Assembly: GCA_963815455.1 (NCBI GenBank)
Contig: CAWFGO010000002.1
Coordinates: 32,001-96,000, forward strand
Direction of reading: 5' to 3'
Source: an uncultured Verrucomicrobiae bacterium
Lineage (GTDB): Bacteria; Verrucomicrobiota; Verrucomicrobiia; Chthoniobacterales; UBA10450
DNA length: 64,000 nt
The translations under genes and the position numbers were made by a program. Of the stretch, positions 10,959-21,174 are shown in pieces. The stretch's first letter is position 1. Each line of letters begins with the position of its first letter. Below the pieces are notes generated by a model, which saw only the letters and a list, made by a program, of their open reading frames with translations, did no database searches and was not told the origin of the DNA.

Positions 10959-12950
10959 TTAACGTTTAGCGCTCGGCGCCGCTGAGGGCAGAGCGGTTCC
11001 CAGGTTCGCTTTCAGCTGAGACACATCGCTGGCGTTGATGGTGCCGTTGACGTTGATGTCGTTGCGGAAATTCGAGCCGGATACCCCCTGGCCTAGCTGG
11101 CCTTTGGCCTGGCTTACATCGGTCGAGTTCACGCTGCCGTTTCCGTTCGTATCGCCGAGAAGAAAACCGGCGGTGACCGAAGCAGATGGCAGCGTTTGAC
11201 CAAAGCTATCCATCACGCTGCTCACGGCGACCGTGACGGTTTGGGCATTGGCGACTCCGGCCAGGTTTATGGTCATGGTGTTGCCGCTGAAAGAAGGAGG
11301 GCCCGACACGCTGCCGATGCCGCTGGTGACCATTGCGTTGCCGCTCACAACAGGATTGTTGAAAGTGAAAACAACGGTGTGATTACCGCCGGCGCCGCCG
11401 GTGCGGCATTCCACGCCCGGTGACCCGGAAAGCGGGAGACTCACATCGAAGATTCCGGCATTGGGGTGAGACTTGCGTGAGCCGGCGCCGTTCAGCGCGA
11501 GCGCCATCGGCAGCACGTTATAGACGCCGATGTGCGTGGCGATCGCGCCGTTGTTCTCCCTGGCCAGTGCATAAACGGTCTGCGGACCAGGGCGCGAATC
11601 TGCCGGGATCGTTCCGAGCCAATGGGTGCCGTCGCCACTGCTGAGTGGCGCCCCGTTGGCGAAAACGTTCGTGATGGTGCGCGTCGTCGGCATTCCGAAG
11701 TCAGGCAGGGCGGTCACAAAGACCTGGATGGGCTGACCTGCCATGACTGTCGGTGGATTGATCTGAACGGGATTCATGATAATCGGAGCGTTGCCTTCTT
11801 CGCATTGGTCGATCACCGCATTGTAGTTTTGATCCGGCGCAGCGCCGTTGGCGATGTCGATGGGATCCGGAATCCCGTTCATATTGCAATCGTTGGTTGG
11901 CGGGGAACAAGTCGTCGGCGGCATCGACGTATCGACGAAATGGGCCATGCCGGCGCAACCAAACGCGGCCGAGCCGTCGGAAAACGTCCCTTCGACGCGC
12001 AACGTGCTTTCGCTGCACGAGCCGGACGCGCACATGCCATAGGAACGGATGTCCACGAAAACATCAAAGAAGGAATCGGGCGCCAGCGGCGGGATCGCCA
12101 TCATGATTTCCGGCTGAGAATAGGGATGGCCAGGCAACGGAAGGCAGGGGCCCGGACCAAAAGCAATTGGAAAATCGTCGCCAAACGGATTTGCGATGGC
12201 AAAGATGCCCTGATTTTCGTTTGCACCTTGCGGCCGCGCAGCAGCCTGCTTGCCGGTAGCGAAGGCGGTGACAGTTAACGTGCGGGTAGGATCGTTGTTC
12301 GTGATCCGGTAGGTCATGGTGTGCTGATCCCCGCCGGCCATCATCGGAAATGAAGGCGTGAGCCGTTGCAAATCCAGCCGCGGAACACTCGGGTTGCCCG
12401 GAGCCGGCTCGACCAGACAAACTACCGTGTCCCCGCTCTGGCTAAGGGAGAGTCCGTCCGAGAAAAACACGGTTGTTTTCCCAACTACTTTGTAAGCACC
12501 CCGGGCCGTGCCCGCGGGCACAGTGATTGGAACCGAATAGTTGTTGAAGACGCCGATTGGCGAGGCGCCGGGCAGAGTCATGGTGCCGTCGGCCGTACTG
12601 ATCCCAGCGATGGCAATATTCGGTCCGCCCAGAAGCGGCGATACGACCATGTCGATCCTGGCCGAAGTGGGAGAAACCGGCATAGGACACGGGGCGCACC
12701 CGGGAGCGGGATTATTAGCAATCAAGAAGAGTTTAACCGGAATGTTAAACATGACGGACGTGCTCGCCGGCAACAGGACCACACCGGGACTGGATTTTGC
12801 CATCACCATCGACTTGAGGCAGGTGGTGGTCGTTACGGTGCAGACCGAGCCGCTACTGCCGGAACAGGCAAAAGCAGGCTCGCGCTCCGGTGCCAGGAGC
12901 AGACCGATACTGATGAGAACCAAGGCGGTAAGAATCTTTGCGTATTTCAT
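10959..12950 (-). CDS. Cys-rich secreted protein with Ca-binding DCNxNGIPD motif and C-terminal dockerin-like module
   Basis: GGAGG RBS, signal peptide, DCNMNGIPDPID, SRKSH..AGIFDV.LPL.G.PGVECR, duplicated GDTNGNGSVNSTD / DINVNGTINASD. Confidence 0.75.
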   Translation of the reverse strand: MKYAKILTALVLISIGLLLAPEREPAFACSGSSGSVCTVTTTTCLKSMVMAKSSPGVVLLPASTSVMFNIPVKLFLIANNPAPGCAPCPMPVSPTSARIDMVVSPLLGGPNIAIAGISTADGTMTLPGASPIGVFNNYSVPITVPAGTARGAYKVVGKTTVFFSDGLSLSQSGDTVVCLVEPAPGNPSVPRLDLQRLTPSFPMMAGGDQHTMTYRITNNDPTRTLTVTAFATGKQAAARPQGANENQGIFAIANPFGDDFPIAFGPGPCLPLPGHPYSQPEIMMAIPPLAPDSFFDVFVDIRSYGMCASGSCSESTLRVEGTFSDGSAAFGCAGMAHFVDTSMPPTTCSPPTNDCNMNGIPDPIDIANGAAPDQNYNAVIDQCEEGNAPIIMNPVQINPPTVMAGQPIQVFVTALPDFGMPTTRTITNVFANGAPLSSGDGTHWLGTIPADSRPGPQTVYALARENNGAIATHIGVYNVLPMALALNGAGSRKSHPNAGIFDVSLPLSGSPGVECRTGGAGGNHTVVFTFNNPVVSGNAMVTSGIGSVSGPPSFSGNTMTINLAGVANAQTVTVAVSSVMDSFGQTLPSASVTAGFLLGDTNGNGSVNSTDVSQAKGQLGQGVSGSNFRNDINVNGTINASDVSQLKANLGTALPSAAPSAKR

Positions 12951-12994
12951 TGGGCCTCCACGAATCCTTTAGCGGATTCTGTTTTTTTGGGTTA

Positions 12995-13129
12995 CTAAGG
13001 AACGCCGTAATCGTCCTGCGACGATCCCGGCATTCTTCGAGAAATTGGGACGCCGGAAGCCGCCAGCGCCGTTGCCATCCCAGAACATACCGCAGCCACT
13101 CTTCTACGCGTAAAGGTGGGCGGCGGCAT
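12995..13129 (-). CDS. Possible 44-aa small ORF with twin-arginine-like start
   Basis: GAGGAG six nt before ATG; MPPPTFTRRRVAAVCSGMATALAASG...DDYGVP*. Confidence 0.3.
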   Translation of the reverse strand: MPPPTFTRRRVAAVCSGMATALAASGVPISRRMPGSSQDDYGVP

Positions 13130-13290
13130 GACGAACTCCTCTAAAGGCGATCCTCTTCAAGGATAACCAACAACGTCAAGCTCTTTTCTTCGGTATCGAA
13201 GTTGTGGATATTCAATCCGCGACGTCCAGGTCAGGGACCCGGGCACAAGTGTTCGTGACGCGGGTTGTGCGGCTTGGTAGAATCCGCGCT

Positions 13291-13809
13291 ATGGATTCGT
13301 TTTCCCCTGCTCCATTACGACCCGGCTCCGGCGAACGCTGGCGGTTCTTGCGCGATCTGATTGTTTTTCAACTTAAAATGTTGCTGGATAATGTGCGCGA
13401 TTTTGCGCTCATGCCGATCGCGCTGGTGGCCGCGATTGTCGATGTTGTTTACAAAGGGGAAGTGGAAGGCGCGCGTTTTTACAGGGTTTTGCGCTGGGGC
13501 GCGCACAGCGAAGAGGTCATCAATGTCTACAGCGCGATCAAGCAGCATCCGTTGGGCGAATTCAAGGTGAACCCCGCTTACACGGTCGATGCCGTGATTG
13601 CTCAACTGGAAGGCGTTGTTGTGCGCGAGTGCGAAAAGGGCGGCACCGCAATGAGCATTAAGGAAGCGATGGATCGCGCGTTCGACCAGATCCACCGACA
13701 AACGCGGGATACAGGCGACCGGGCCCGGGACGTTGTCGCGCGCACGGCCGATAAACTGCGGCTCAAGATCGATACTCTGCCGGAGGAGAAGAGCGAGAGC
13801 GAAGGCTGA
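13291..13809 (+). CDS. Hypothetical protein
   Basis: Long ORF with a typical codon pattern; RDLIVFQLKMLLDNVRDFAL. Confidence 0.65.
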   Translation: MDSFSPAPLRPGSGERWRFLRDLIVFQLKMLLDNVRDFALMPIALVAAIVDVVYKGEVEGARFYRVLRWGAHSEEVINVYSAIKQHPLGEFKVNPAYTVDAVIAQLEGVVVRECEKGGTAMSIKEAMDRAFDQIHRQTRDTGDRARDVVARTADKLRLKIDTLPEEKSESEG

Positions 13810-13842
13810 CTTTACTTGGTTCGCGTTGGACGAAGAAGAATC

Positions 13843-14889
13843 ATGTTTTCAACCAAAGGATATGCCGCGCAGGCCGCGCAGGAACAATTGAAGCCCTTCT
13901 CATTCGAGCGGCGTGACCCGACGCCGAACGATGTGCAGATCGAGATCCTTTTCTGCGGCGTGTGTCACTCGGACATTCATACCGCGCGGAACGAATGGGG
14001 CGGCACGACTACCTACCCCTGCGTGCCCGGTCATGAAATCGTCGGGCGCGTGGTGAAGGTGGGACGCGACGTAAAGAAATTTAAAGAAGGCGACCTGGCG
14101 GCGGTCGGTTGCATGGTCGATTCATGCGGGGTTTGCGGGAACTGCAAGGCGGACCTGGAGCAGTTCTGCGAGAACGGATGCGTGTTCACTTACAACAGCA
14201 AAGATGAACACACCGGCGGGATCACCTACGGCGGATATTCCAAGAGCATCGTGGTGGACCAGGAGTTCGTGCTGCGAATTTCCAACAAGCTCGACCTCGC
14301 TTCTTCCGCTCCGCTTCTCTGCGCCGGGATCACCACTTATTCGCCGTTGCGCCGTTGGCAGGTGAGGAAAGGCCAGAAAGTGGGCGTGATCGGTCTGGGT
14401 GGCCTCGGCCATATGGCGCTCAAGTTCGCCCACGCCTTCGGCGCCGAGGTGATTTTGTTTACCACGTCACCGGGCAAGACCGAAGACGCGAAGCGGTTGG
14501 GCGCGAATGACGTCGTGATTTCCAAGAACGAAGATGAGATGAAGAAACATGCGACGAGTTTCGATTTCATCATCGACACCGTATCGGCGAAACATGATCT
14601 CGCCCCTTATCTCGATCTTTTAAAACGCGATGGCGTTCTGACATTGGTGGGCGTGCCGCCAGAGCCGATGCCGGTGAACGTTTTCAGCTTGATCATGCCG
14701 CGGCGTCAACTGGCGGGGTCCCTCATCGGTGGAATCGCCGAGACGCAGGAGATGCTCGATTTTTGTGCCGATCGGGGAATTACATGCGATATCGAGATGA
14801 TCCCGATCAGTAAGATCAACGAAGCGTATGAGCGGATGCTGAAGAGCGATGTGAAGTATCGGTTCGTGATCGATATGGCGACGGCGTGA
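13843..14889 (+). CDS. NAD(P)-dependent Zn alcohol dehydrogenase (CAD/YahK family)
   Basis: CGVCHSD, GHEIVG, CxxCxxC, APLLCAGITTYSPL, GLGGLGH, DVKYRFVID. Confidence 0.95.
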   Translation: MFSTKGYAAQAAQEQLKPFSFERRDPTPNDVQIEILFCGVCHSDIHTARNEWGGTTTYPCVPGHEIVGRVVKVGRDVKKFKEGDLAAVGCMVDSCGVCGNCKADLEQFCENGCVFTYNSKDEHTGGITYGGYSKSIVVDQEFVLRISNKLDLASSAPLLCAGITTYSPLRRWQVRKGQKVGVIGLGGLGHMALKFAHAFGAEVILFTTSPGKTEDAKRLGANDVVISKNEDEMKKHATSFDFIIDTVSAKHDLAPYLDLLKRDGVLTLVGVPPEPMPVNVFSLIMPRRQLAGSLIGGIAETQEMLDFCADRGITCDIEMIPISKINEAYERMLKSDVKYRFVIDMATA

Positions 14890-14943
14890 TGGGAAGTGAC
14901 GAGTGGCGAGTGACGAGTGATCAGCAGGCGGTGACCAGTGTGA

Positions 14944-15945
14944 TCAGAGTCCTTTTTTCATTTTCACGGCGGGTGGGCGCTCGACGTGACCGCCGAAACC
15001 TTTGCGCATCGCGGAGAGGATTTTCTCGGCAAAGGTGTGTTCCTGCCGGGAACGGAACCGGGTGTAAAGCGCGACCGAGAGCACTTCGGCCGATACGCCC
15101 TCTTCGAGCGCGGCTTGAATTGTCCAACGGCCTTCTCCCGAATCCTCCACGAAACCGGAATAACCCTCGAGTTGCCGATCGCTGGCCAGCGCGGCCGCAG
15201 TGAGATCGAGCAGCCAGGACGAGACGACGCTTCCGCGCCGCCAGAGCTCGGCGATGTCGGCAAGGTTTAGATCGTAAGCGAGTCCCGCGGGGAGGTTATC
15301 CGAATTCGCGCCGCGCAGAATGTCGAATCCTTCGGCGTATGCCTGCATCAGGCCATATTCGATTCCGTTATGAATCATTTTCACAAAGTGTCCGGCTCCG
15401 GACGCGCCGCAATAGAGATAGCCGAGCTCGGCGGTGCTCTTCATCTTTTCCCGGCCCGTTGTCTTGGGAAGGTCGCCCGGGCCGGGCGCCAGAGTAGCGA
15501 AGATCGGGTCGAGCCGTTCGGCCGTGGATTGATCGCCCCCGATCATCATGCAGTAGCCTCGCTCCAAACCCCAGACTCCGCCGCTCGTGCCAGCATCGAG
15601 ATAGTGGATCCCACGGGGCTTGAGCATCTCGCTGCGGCGCACGTCGTCTTTGTAGAATGAATTTCCGCCGTCAATAATCGCGTCCCCGGACTGCAGCACT
15701 TTGGAAAGCGCGACCACGGTCTCTTCCGTAGACGGGCCAGATGGGAGCATGATCCAGACAGCACGGGGCGCGCTAAGTTTTTCGACAACTTCCTCAAGCG
15801 AGTAGGCGGGAAGCGGGCCTTCCTTGGCCAATGCATCGACCGTTGCCCGGTTGCGATCGAACACGACACATTGATGGCCGCCCCTGGTCAGGCGTCGTGC
15901 CATGTTCCCGCCCATTCGGCCCAGACCGATCATTCCAATTTGCAT
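14944..15945 (-). CDS. gnd: 6-phosphogluconate dehydrogenase, short type
   Basis: [47 protein letters not shown]. Confidence 0.95.
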   Translation of the reverse strand: MQIGMIGLGRMGGNMARRLTRGGHQCVVFDRNRATVDALAKEGPLPAYSLEEVVEKLSAPRAVWIMLPSGPSTEETVVALSKVLQSGDAIIDGGNSFYKDDVRRSEMLKPRGIHYLDAGTSGGVWGLERGYCMMIGGDQSTAERLDPIFATLAPGPGDLPKTTGREKMKSTAELGYLYCGASGAGHFVKMIHNGIEYGLMQAYAEGFDILRGANSDNLPAGLAYDLNLADIAELWRRGSVVSSWLLDLTAAALASDRQLEGYSGFVEDSGEGRWTIQAALEEGVSAEVLSVALYTRFRSRQEHTFAEKILSAMRKGFGGHVERPPAVKMKKGL

Positions 15946-16114
15946 TCAATGAGCCTGATTGGGAAAGCGGAAATTAGAAAGGCTAAAATGGAAAGGCCGA
16001 ACGAAAACGCCGGGAGGCTGGCATGTTCGCCGCGATCGCTTATTGTCTCTTGAACGATAACCGCCCCTGATGATGGCAATCATTCAAAGTAACCCGGCAA
16101 AATTGATCCTGGCC

Positions 16115-16342
16115 ATGGCCGACCCGCTGATGCCGATCCGGATTCTCGCCGTCATTGCGCTCATCGCAGCGATCGTGGCGTTCATCTACGTTCTGCGACA
16201 TTTGAAGAAGATCGAGAAAACGATCGCGACCGATAATCTTGTGCCGGCAGAGCGCGGTCCACGCAACAACATGGTGCTCATGGTCTGCGCAATCCCGATT
16301 ATCGTGGTGGCGCTTCTGCTGTTCCTGATTGTCAATACTTAG
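16115..16342 (+). CDS. Small two-TM hypothetical protein
   Basis: Two hydrophobic helices; start codon uncertain. Confidence 0.5.
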   Translation: MADPLMPIRILAVIALIAAIVAFIYVLRHLKKIEKTIATDNLVPAERGPRNNMVLMVCAIPIIVVALLLFLIVNT

Positions 16343-16389
16343 CGAGCAGCACAGAAGGCGTGGCGCGCGCGCTCAGTTGTAAACAGAGC

Positions 16390-16893
16390 TTACGGCAACG
16401 CGGTGCCGAGGTTGGCTTTCACCTGCGAGACATCGGTGGCGTTGATCGTGCCGTTGCCGTTTACGTCACAACGGAAATTGGAACTATCGATCGGCTGTCC
16501 CACGCGCGATTTTGCCTGGCTCACATCTGAGGCATTGACGACGCGGTTTCCGTTCGTGTCGCCTTGAAGGAAACCAGCCGGAAGGTTCACGTCGTTGGTA
16601 TGGACGCCGTCGTTGACGTAGTTGAGCCTGACGTTGATTTGTTGCGCATTCCCAACACCGGTCAGGTTCACGGTCACTTGCGACCCGTCAACGCTGAAGC
16701 TGCTCACGCTTCCGACGCCGCTGTTGACGCTGGCGCTGAAAACCGTGACCGGCGTCGCGAAGTCCATGACGATCTGAAAATTTCCGCTCGTTCCCGACCT
16801 GCGAGGTTCAACTCCGACAGTGCCGGTTAACGGAAACTCGACACCGAATTGACCATTCATCATCGAGCGGTTGCCGCCAGAATGCATTGTCAA
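16390..16893 (-). CDS. Stand-alone dockerin-like C-terminal module (no signal peptide; possibly a remnant)
   Basis: PLTGTVGVEPR, GDTNGNRVVNASDVSQAKS...DVNGNGTINATDV; in-frame stop just upstream. Confidence 0.6.
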   Translation of the reverse strand: MTMHSGGNRSMMNGQFGVEFPLTGTVGVEPRRSGTSGNFQIVMDFATPVTVFSASVNSGVGSVSSFSVDGSQVTVNLTGVGNAQQINVRLNYVNDGVHTNDVNLPAGFLQGDTNGNRVVNASDVSQAKSRVGQPIDSSNFRCDVNGNGTINATDVSQVKANLGTALP

Positions 16894-16926
16894 TCTACCA
16901 TTGAATCGTTTTCACCGACGGGCTTC

Positions 16927-18900
16927 CTAGAACGGCGGCGCGACCGGAACAGACGTCCCGACTTGCGACTTCACCAGAGCGACATCGGACGCGTTGATCG
17001 TCCCGTTGGCATTGACGTCCGAACGAAAGTTCGTCGCGTCGAGAATTTGACCCGCCCGCGACTTTGTCTGGCTCACGTCGGAAGCGTTGACGGTGCCGTT
17101 GCCGCCGGTATCGCCGGCCAACACACTCATTCCAATGTCCACATTGGCCGAACTGTTCACGGAGTTGAGCCTCACCGTGATGGTCTGGGCATTGGTCACA
17201 TTTGTTAGCGGAATCGTCACAGTATTGCCGCTGACCGTCACCATGCCGCCGTTGGACACTCCGCCGCTGCCTATTGTCCCTACGCCAGAATTTATCTGCG
17301 CTTGCGGACTCCCGCTTACGGTCACGGAATTAGCAAACGTAACCACGATTGCGTAATCATCGGTTGCCCCGCCACTGCGACACTCGATCCCTGGCGGCCC
17401 GCTCACTCCAAGATCGACATCGAAAGTGCCAGCACCGCCATGGATCTTTCGCGACACCGCGTTTTGCGCTACCGGCGCTGCCGGAGTCACTCGCACGTAA
17501 TAAACGTCCTCTTCGTGTTGCCCTCTGCTCGCGTTGAAATTGAACGTGGCGGCATAGGCGACATTGCCTCCGGTGTTGTCCGAAACGATGGTGATGTAAT
17601 CGCCCATCTTGTTCTGGTTCGGATAGCCTTCCGATGGATTAAACGAATTGCTCACCGCGATGTTCGGCGCCCAGGTCACACCGCCGTCAATGCTGTAGGA
17701 ATAGAACAACTGCGAATCGATGTTATTCGCGCCGTTGCGGCTATCGAGCCAGACAGAATCGATCCGGCCGTTAGGCGCCACTGAGAGCGTGCCGAACCAA
17801 TGATACTTGCTGTGATTAACGGGATCATCGTTGATCCGGATCGGCGCGCTAAAGCTTACTCCGCCGTTGGTGCTGCGGGCAAACATCACGTCGGTCCCGG
17901 TGCTAAAGCCGGTCGGCCGTACGCTGGCCAGCATGTAAATATTGTTGTTGGTCGGCCCGCCAGAACGGTCCACCGCCAGGAAAGCCTGTCCGCAAAGGCC
18001 TGCTGGATTTATTCCGCCGCTTACTATGAGACCACCAAGACTCACCGCGGTTACCCGGTCAAAAGTTGGCGTGACGCCACCATTCTGCGCATTGCTCGAG
18101 CGGACGCAGTAAAAGGTTGTGCTCCCTTCTCCTCCGATAAAAAGGTTGCCGTTCGTATCGACATCGAGCGTTCCGTACACAGGTGAGTTGGGAATGGTGA
18201 TGGGAGCCTGCCACGTAAACCCGCCATCCGTGGAGCGCTGAAATTGCACCCCGCTGCCGGTACAGTTAATCCCATCGTCCGCCTGGTACTGGAAGCCGTG
18301 CCCCGGCCCGTTGGTTTTATCAATGGTAAACCACTGCTTGTCGCCTCCCCCACCGCCCCTTTCCCCCGACAACAGCGTCCACGATTGGCCGCCATTCAGC
18401 GAGCGCCACAGATCATCGCAAAAAAACGACTGGTTCACATCCGACTGAAGACTGAGATAGAAAAAATTGCCGACCTCATCGTAAGCCGTTACCGGGTCGC
18501 TGCGGAAAATGTTGTTTTCCAAAACACCCGGGAAAGTCCAGGTGAGGCCGCCATCGCTGGTGTATCCCCAGCCGCCCTGCCGGAAGTTTGATAACACGCT
18601 GTTGAACTGCCGCCAGCCGATGGTCATCTTGTTAGGGTTGGTCGGGTCAACGGAAATGGAGCACTCGTTAGCGGCGTCGCCGACAATGTTGTTGCCACTG
18701 GCATCGACGTTTACCTGGTAACTGGTAAACGGACCGTACCGCGAGACCATTCGTGGCGAAGTCTCCAGCCGGTAAATGTACATTGGTGGATTGTCGTATT
18801 TTTCCAGCGGCTCGGTTCGGAGCGGCCTGTATGTGGGCGCGAGTTGCCCCGAAGCGGTGGCAAGGCCAGACAGCAGACCCAGACAAATAAAAAAGCGCAT
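16927..18900 (-). CDS. Secreted BNR/Asp-box (sialidase-like propeller) protein with dockerin-like module
   Basis: Signal peptide; TSDGGLTW, SLNGGQSW, STDGGFTW, STNGGVSF, SIDGGVTW; C-terminal GDTGGNGTVNASD...DVNANGTINASD. Confidence 0.85.
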   Translation of the reverse strand: MRFFICLGLLSGLATASGQLAPTYRPLRTEPLEKYDNPPMYIYRLETSPRMVSRYGPFTSYQVNVDASGNNIVGDAANECSISVDPTNPNKMTIGWRQFNSVLSNFRQGGWGYTSDGGLTWTFPGVLENNIFRSDPVTAYDEVGNFFYLSLQSDVNQSFFCDDLWRSLNGGQSWTLLSGERGGGGGDKQWFTIDKTNGPGHGFQYQADDGINCTGSGVQFQRSTDGGFTWQAPITIPNSPVYGTLDVDTNGNLFIGGEGSTTFYCVRSSNAQNGGVTPTFDRVTAVSLGGLIVSGGINPAGLCGQAFLAVDRSGGPTNNNIYMLASVRPTGFSTGTDVMFARSTNGGVSFSAPIRINDDPVNHSKYHWFGTLSVAPNGRIDSVWLDSRNGANNIDSQLFYSYSIDGGVTWAPNIAVSNSFNPSEGYPNQNKMGDYITIVSDNTGGNVAYAATFNFNASRGQHEEDVYYVRVTPAAPVAQNAVSRKIHGGAGTFDVDLGVSGPPGIECRSGGATDDYAIVVTFANSVTVSGSPQAQINSGVGTIGSGGVSNGGMVTVSGNTVTIPLTNVTNAQTITVRLNSVNSSANVDIGMSVLAGDTGGNGTVNASDVSQTKSRAGQILDATNFRSDVNANGTINASDVALVKSQVGTSVPVAPPF

Positions 18901-19040
18901 CCTTGAAACCATAAAAAGCACTCGAGTTGAAGAAGGGCAGCCTATATCAGAATCCACTCGCGGCGTCGATCTAATCCTTTAGACCCAAGTGAGGAAATTT
19001 CGACTCGGGCAGTGCCGTTACACTTCGCGGCTCAGCTCCA

Positions 19041-21167
19041 TTGCCCTCTTATCGTTGCACAAACCGAGAACGACCGGGGGGCGTAGTTTGTTGTCGCGAA
19101 TCCAGCTGGAAAAAGTTACCATCGGCTATCACGGAAAAAGCGGCCAACTCGTATCCAAGAATCTTGACCGGGGCTGTGCTGTGTAGCGCAGGCGCATTGC
19201 TCGCCCTGTTATGCGTTACCGCGGCTCCACTGCCGGCGGGCAGGTCGAGCATTGAGCAAATCCAACGTCGGCCGGCCGTTGGCATGTCGGTTCACAACGA
19301 TGTCTCGCCGCCGCTGCGTGATATCGGCCGATTGTCGATCCAATCAGCGGATTCCATCACGCCGAACCTCCTTACGGATCCAATACTGAACTTTGAGGGC
19401 ATGACGACGTTCCTCGCTCCCCCCGCGATGCAAGGTGCAGTGGGACAAAGCCATTACGTCCAGATCTTGCACCAAAGTTATCAGGTATTCGACAAGACCA
19501 CCGGCGGTTCCGTGCTCGGACCAAACACCATCATGTCCATGTGGGTCGGCTTTGGCGGTCTGTGCCAGACAAATGGGGGACTGGAGCCCCTGGTTGTGTA
19601 TGACCAGATTGCCAACCGTTGGTTGGTCGTTCAATTTGCAGGCACCCTTGGGCTCACCGAAGCGTGCATCGCCGTTTCCAACACCAGTGATGCCACCGGC
19701 AGTTACAATCGGTACGCTTTTCATTTCCCGTCCAATAATCTTGACGACTGGAAACTCGGAATCTGGCCGGACGCGTACTATATGAGCGCCGCCGCCTTCG
19801 ACGCGAATACAGCTGTGGCAGTCGCGTTGGATCGCGCCGCAATGATCGCGGGACAGCCTGCCAGTTATCAGCTTTTTCCGCGACCCGCCAACGAGAGAAA
19901 AATGTTACCGGCGACCCTGGAAGGATCGACATCGCCACCGCCAGGCGCGCCGAATCCGTTTTTGCAATTCCCGAGCGGCGGTAGCTACAAACTTTTTCGA
20001 TACCACGTCGATTTTGCCACCCCGGCAAATTCTACGTTCACCGGACCGATTCCCATCGCAGCAGCGGCTTTTATGGAACTTTGTCCATCGAACTCAAGTT
20101 GTGTCCCGCAACCAGCCACCGCCACCCGGGTCGACGGAGTCGGTGATCGCCTAATGTCGAGACTCGCTTATCGGAATTTAAGCGATCACGAAATGCTGGT
20201 GGGGAATTTTAGCGTCCAAATCGGGATCAGCCCCAGCCAGTTCAGCGCAATCCGCTGGTTCGAGATGCGCAGGGTCACTTCTGGCACGCCGATCGTTTTT
20301 CAGGAAGCCACCTTCGCGCCGGACAACCTTTGGCGTTGGTTAGGAAGCAGCGCCACGGATCAACTCGGAAACATTGCTCTCGGTTATAGCATATCTCACG
20401 GCAGTTTGTTTCCCGGTATTCGTTACGCCGGGCGATTGGCAACGGGCCCGCCCGGTTCGATGCAAGGGGACTTTCTGCTCATCAATGGCACTGGCAGTCA
20501 AACCAGCCCCTCTCACACTTGGGGGCCTCACAGTGCGATGACTGTCGATCCGGTCGATGAGCGAACGTTCTGGTTCACCAGCGAATATTACACCACCACC
20601 ACTTCCTATCAGCCGCATACCCGCATCGGCAGTTTTAGATTTCCAGTTGCACCGGCCATACAATCGATTGTCTCGCGAAAGATCCATGGCGGCATGAACT
20701 TTGACATCGCGCTTCCCGCTACCGGTAATCCCGGAATCGAATGTCGCCGCGGCTCGGGAGCAAATTCGAACAATCACCAGGTGATCGTGACGTTTGCCGA
20801 GCCGGTCAACGTCGACGGTGTGGTGGTAAACAGCATTGACGGGCAGGCCACCGCGACTACCAGCGTTGCCGGAGCAGCCGTCATTGTCGATCTTTCCAGT
20901 GTAGCAAACGCGCAGATAATCAGAATCACGCTCACCAACGTAGCCGGCGACACGGATATCGGAAACGTTTCATTTCCAATGTCGTTCTTGCTCGGCGACA
21001 CAACCGGCAACGGTAGCGTCAACGCCTCCGATGTCGGGCAAACCAAAGCGCGAGCGGGTCAGGTGTTGAGTGAGACCAATTTTCGCAGCGACCTCAACGA
21101 GAACGGCACGATCAACGCAAGCGATGTTGCCATTGTAAAAGCGCAGGTCGGCACGTCGCTTCCGTAG
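19041..21167 (+). CDS. Secreted protein (paralog of 1..1861) with dockerin-like module; start uncertain
   Basis: VYDQIANRWLVVQF, GIWPDAYY, DRLMSRLAYRN, VDPVDERTFWFTSEYY, then SRKIHGG..FDI.LP..GNPGIECR and dockerin repeats. Confidence 0.8.
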   Translation: MPSYRCTNRERPGGVVCCRESSWKKLPSAITEKAANSYPRILTGAVLCSAGALLALLCVTAAPLPAGRSSIEQIQRRPAVGMSVHNDVSPPLRDIGRLSIQSADSITPNLLTDPILNFEGMTTFLAPPAMQGAVGQSHYVQILHQSYQVFDKTTGGSVLGPNTIMSMWVGFGGLCQTNGGLEPLVVYDQIANRWLVVQFAGTLGLTEACIAVSNTSDATGSYNRYAFHFPSNNLDDWKLGIWPDAYYMSAAAFDANTAVAVALDRAAMIAGQPASYQLFPRPANERKMLPATLEGSTSPPPGAPNPFLQFPSGGSYKLFRYHVDFATPANSTFTGPIPIAAAAFMELCPSNSSCVPQPATATRVDGVGDRLMSRLAYRNLSDHEMLVGNFSVQIGISPSQFSAIRWFEMRRVTSGTPIVFQEATFAPDNLWRWLGSSATDQLGNIALGYSISHGSLFPGIRYAGRLATGPPGSMQGDFLLINGTGSQTSPSHTWGPHSAMTVDPVDERTFWFTSEYYTTTTSYQPHTRIGSFRFPVAPAIQSIVSRKIHGGMNFDIALPATGNPGIECRRGSGANSNNHQVIVTFAEPVNVDGVVVNSIDGQATATTSVAGAAVIVDLSSVANAQIIRITLTNVAGDTDIGNVSFPMSFLLGDTTGNGSVNASDVGQTKARAGQVLSETNFRSDLNENGTINASDVAIVKAQVGTSLP

Positions 21168-21174
21168 GAAACTT

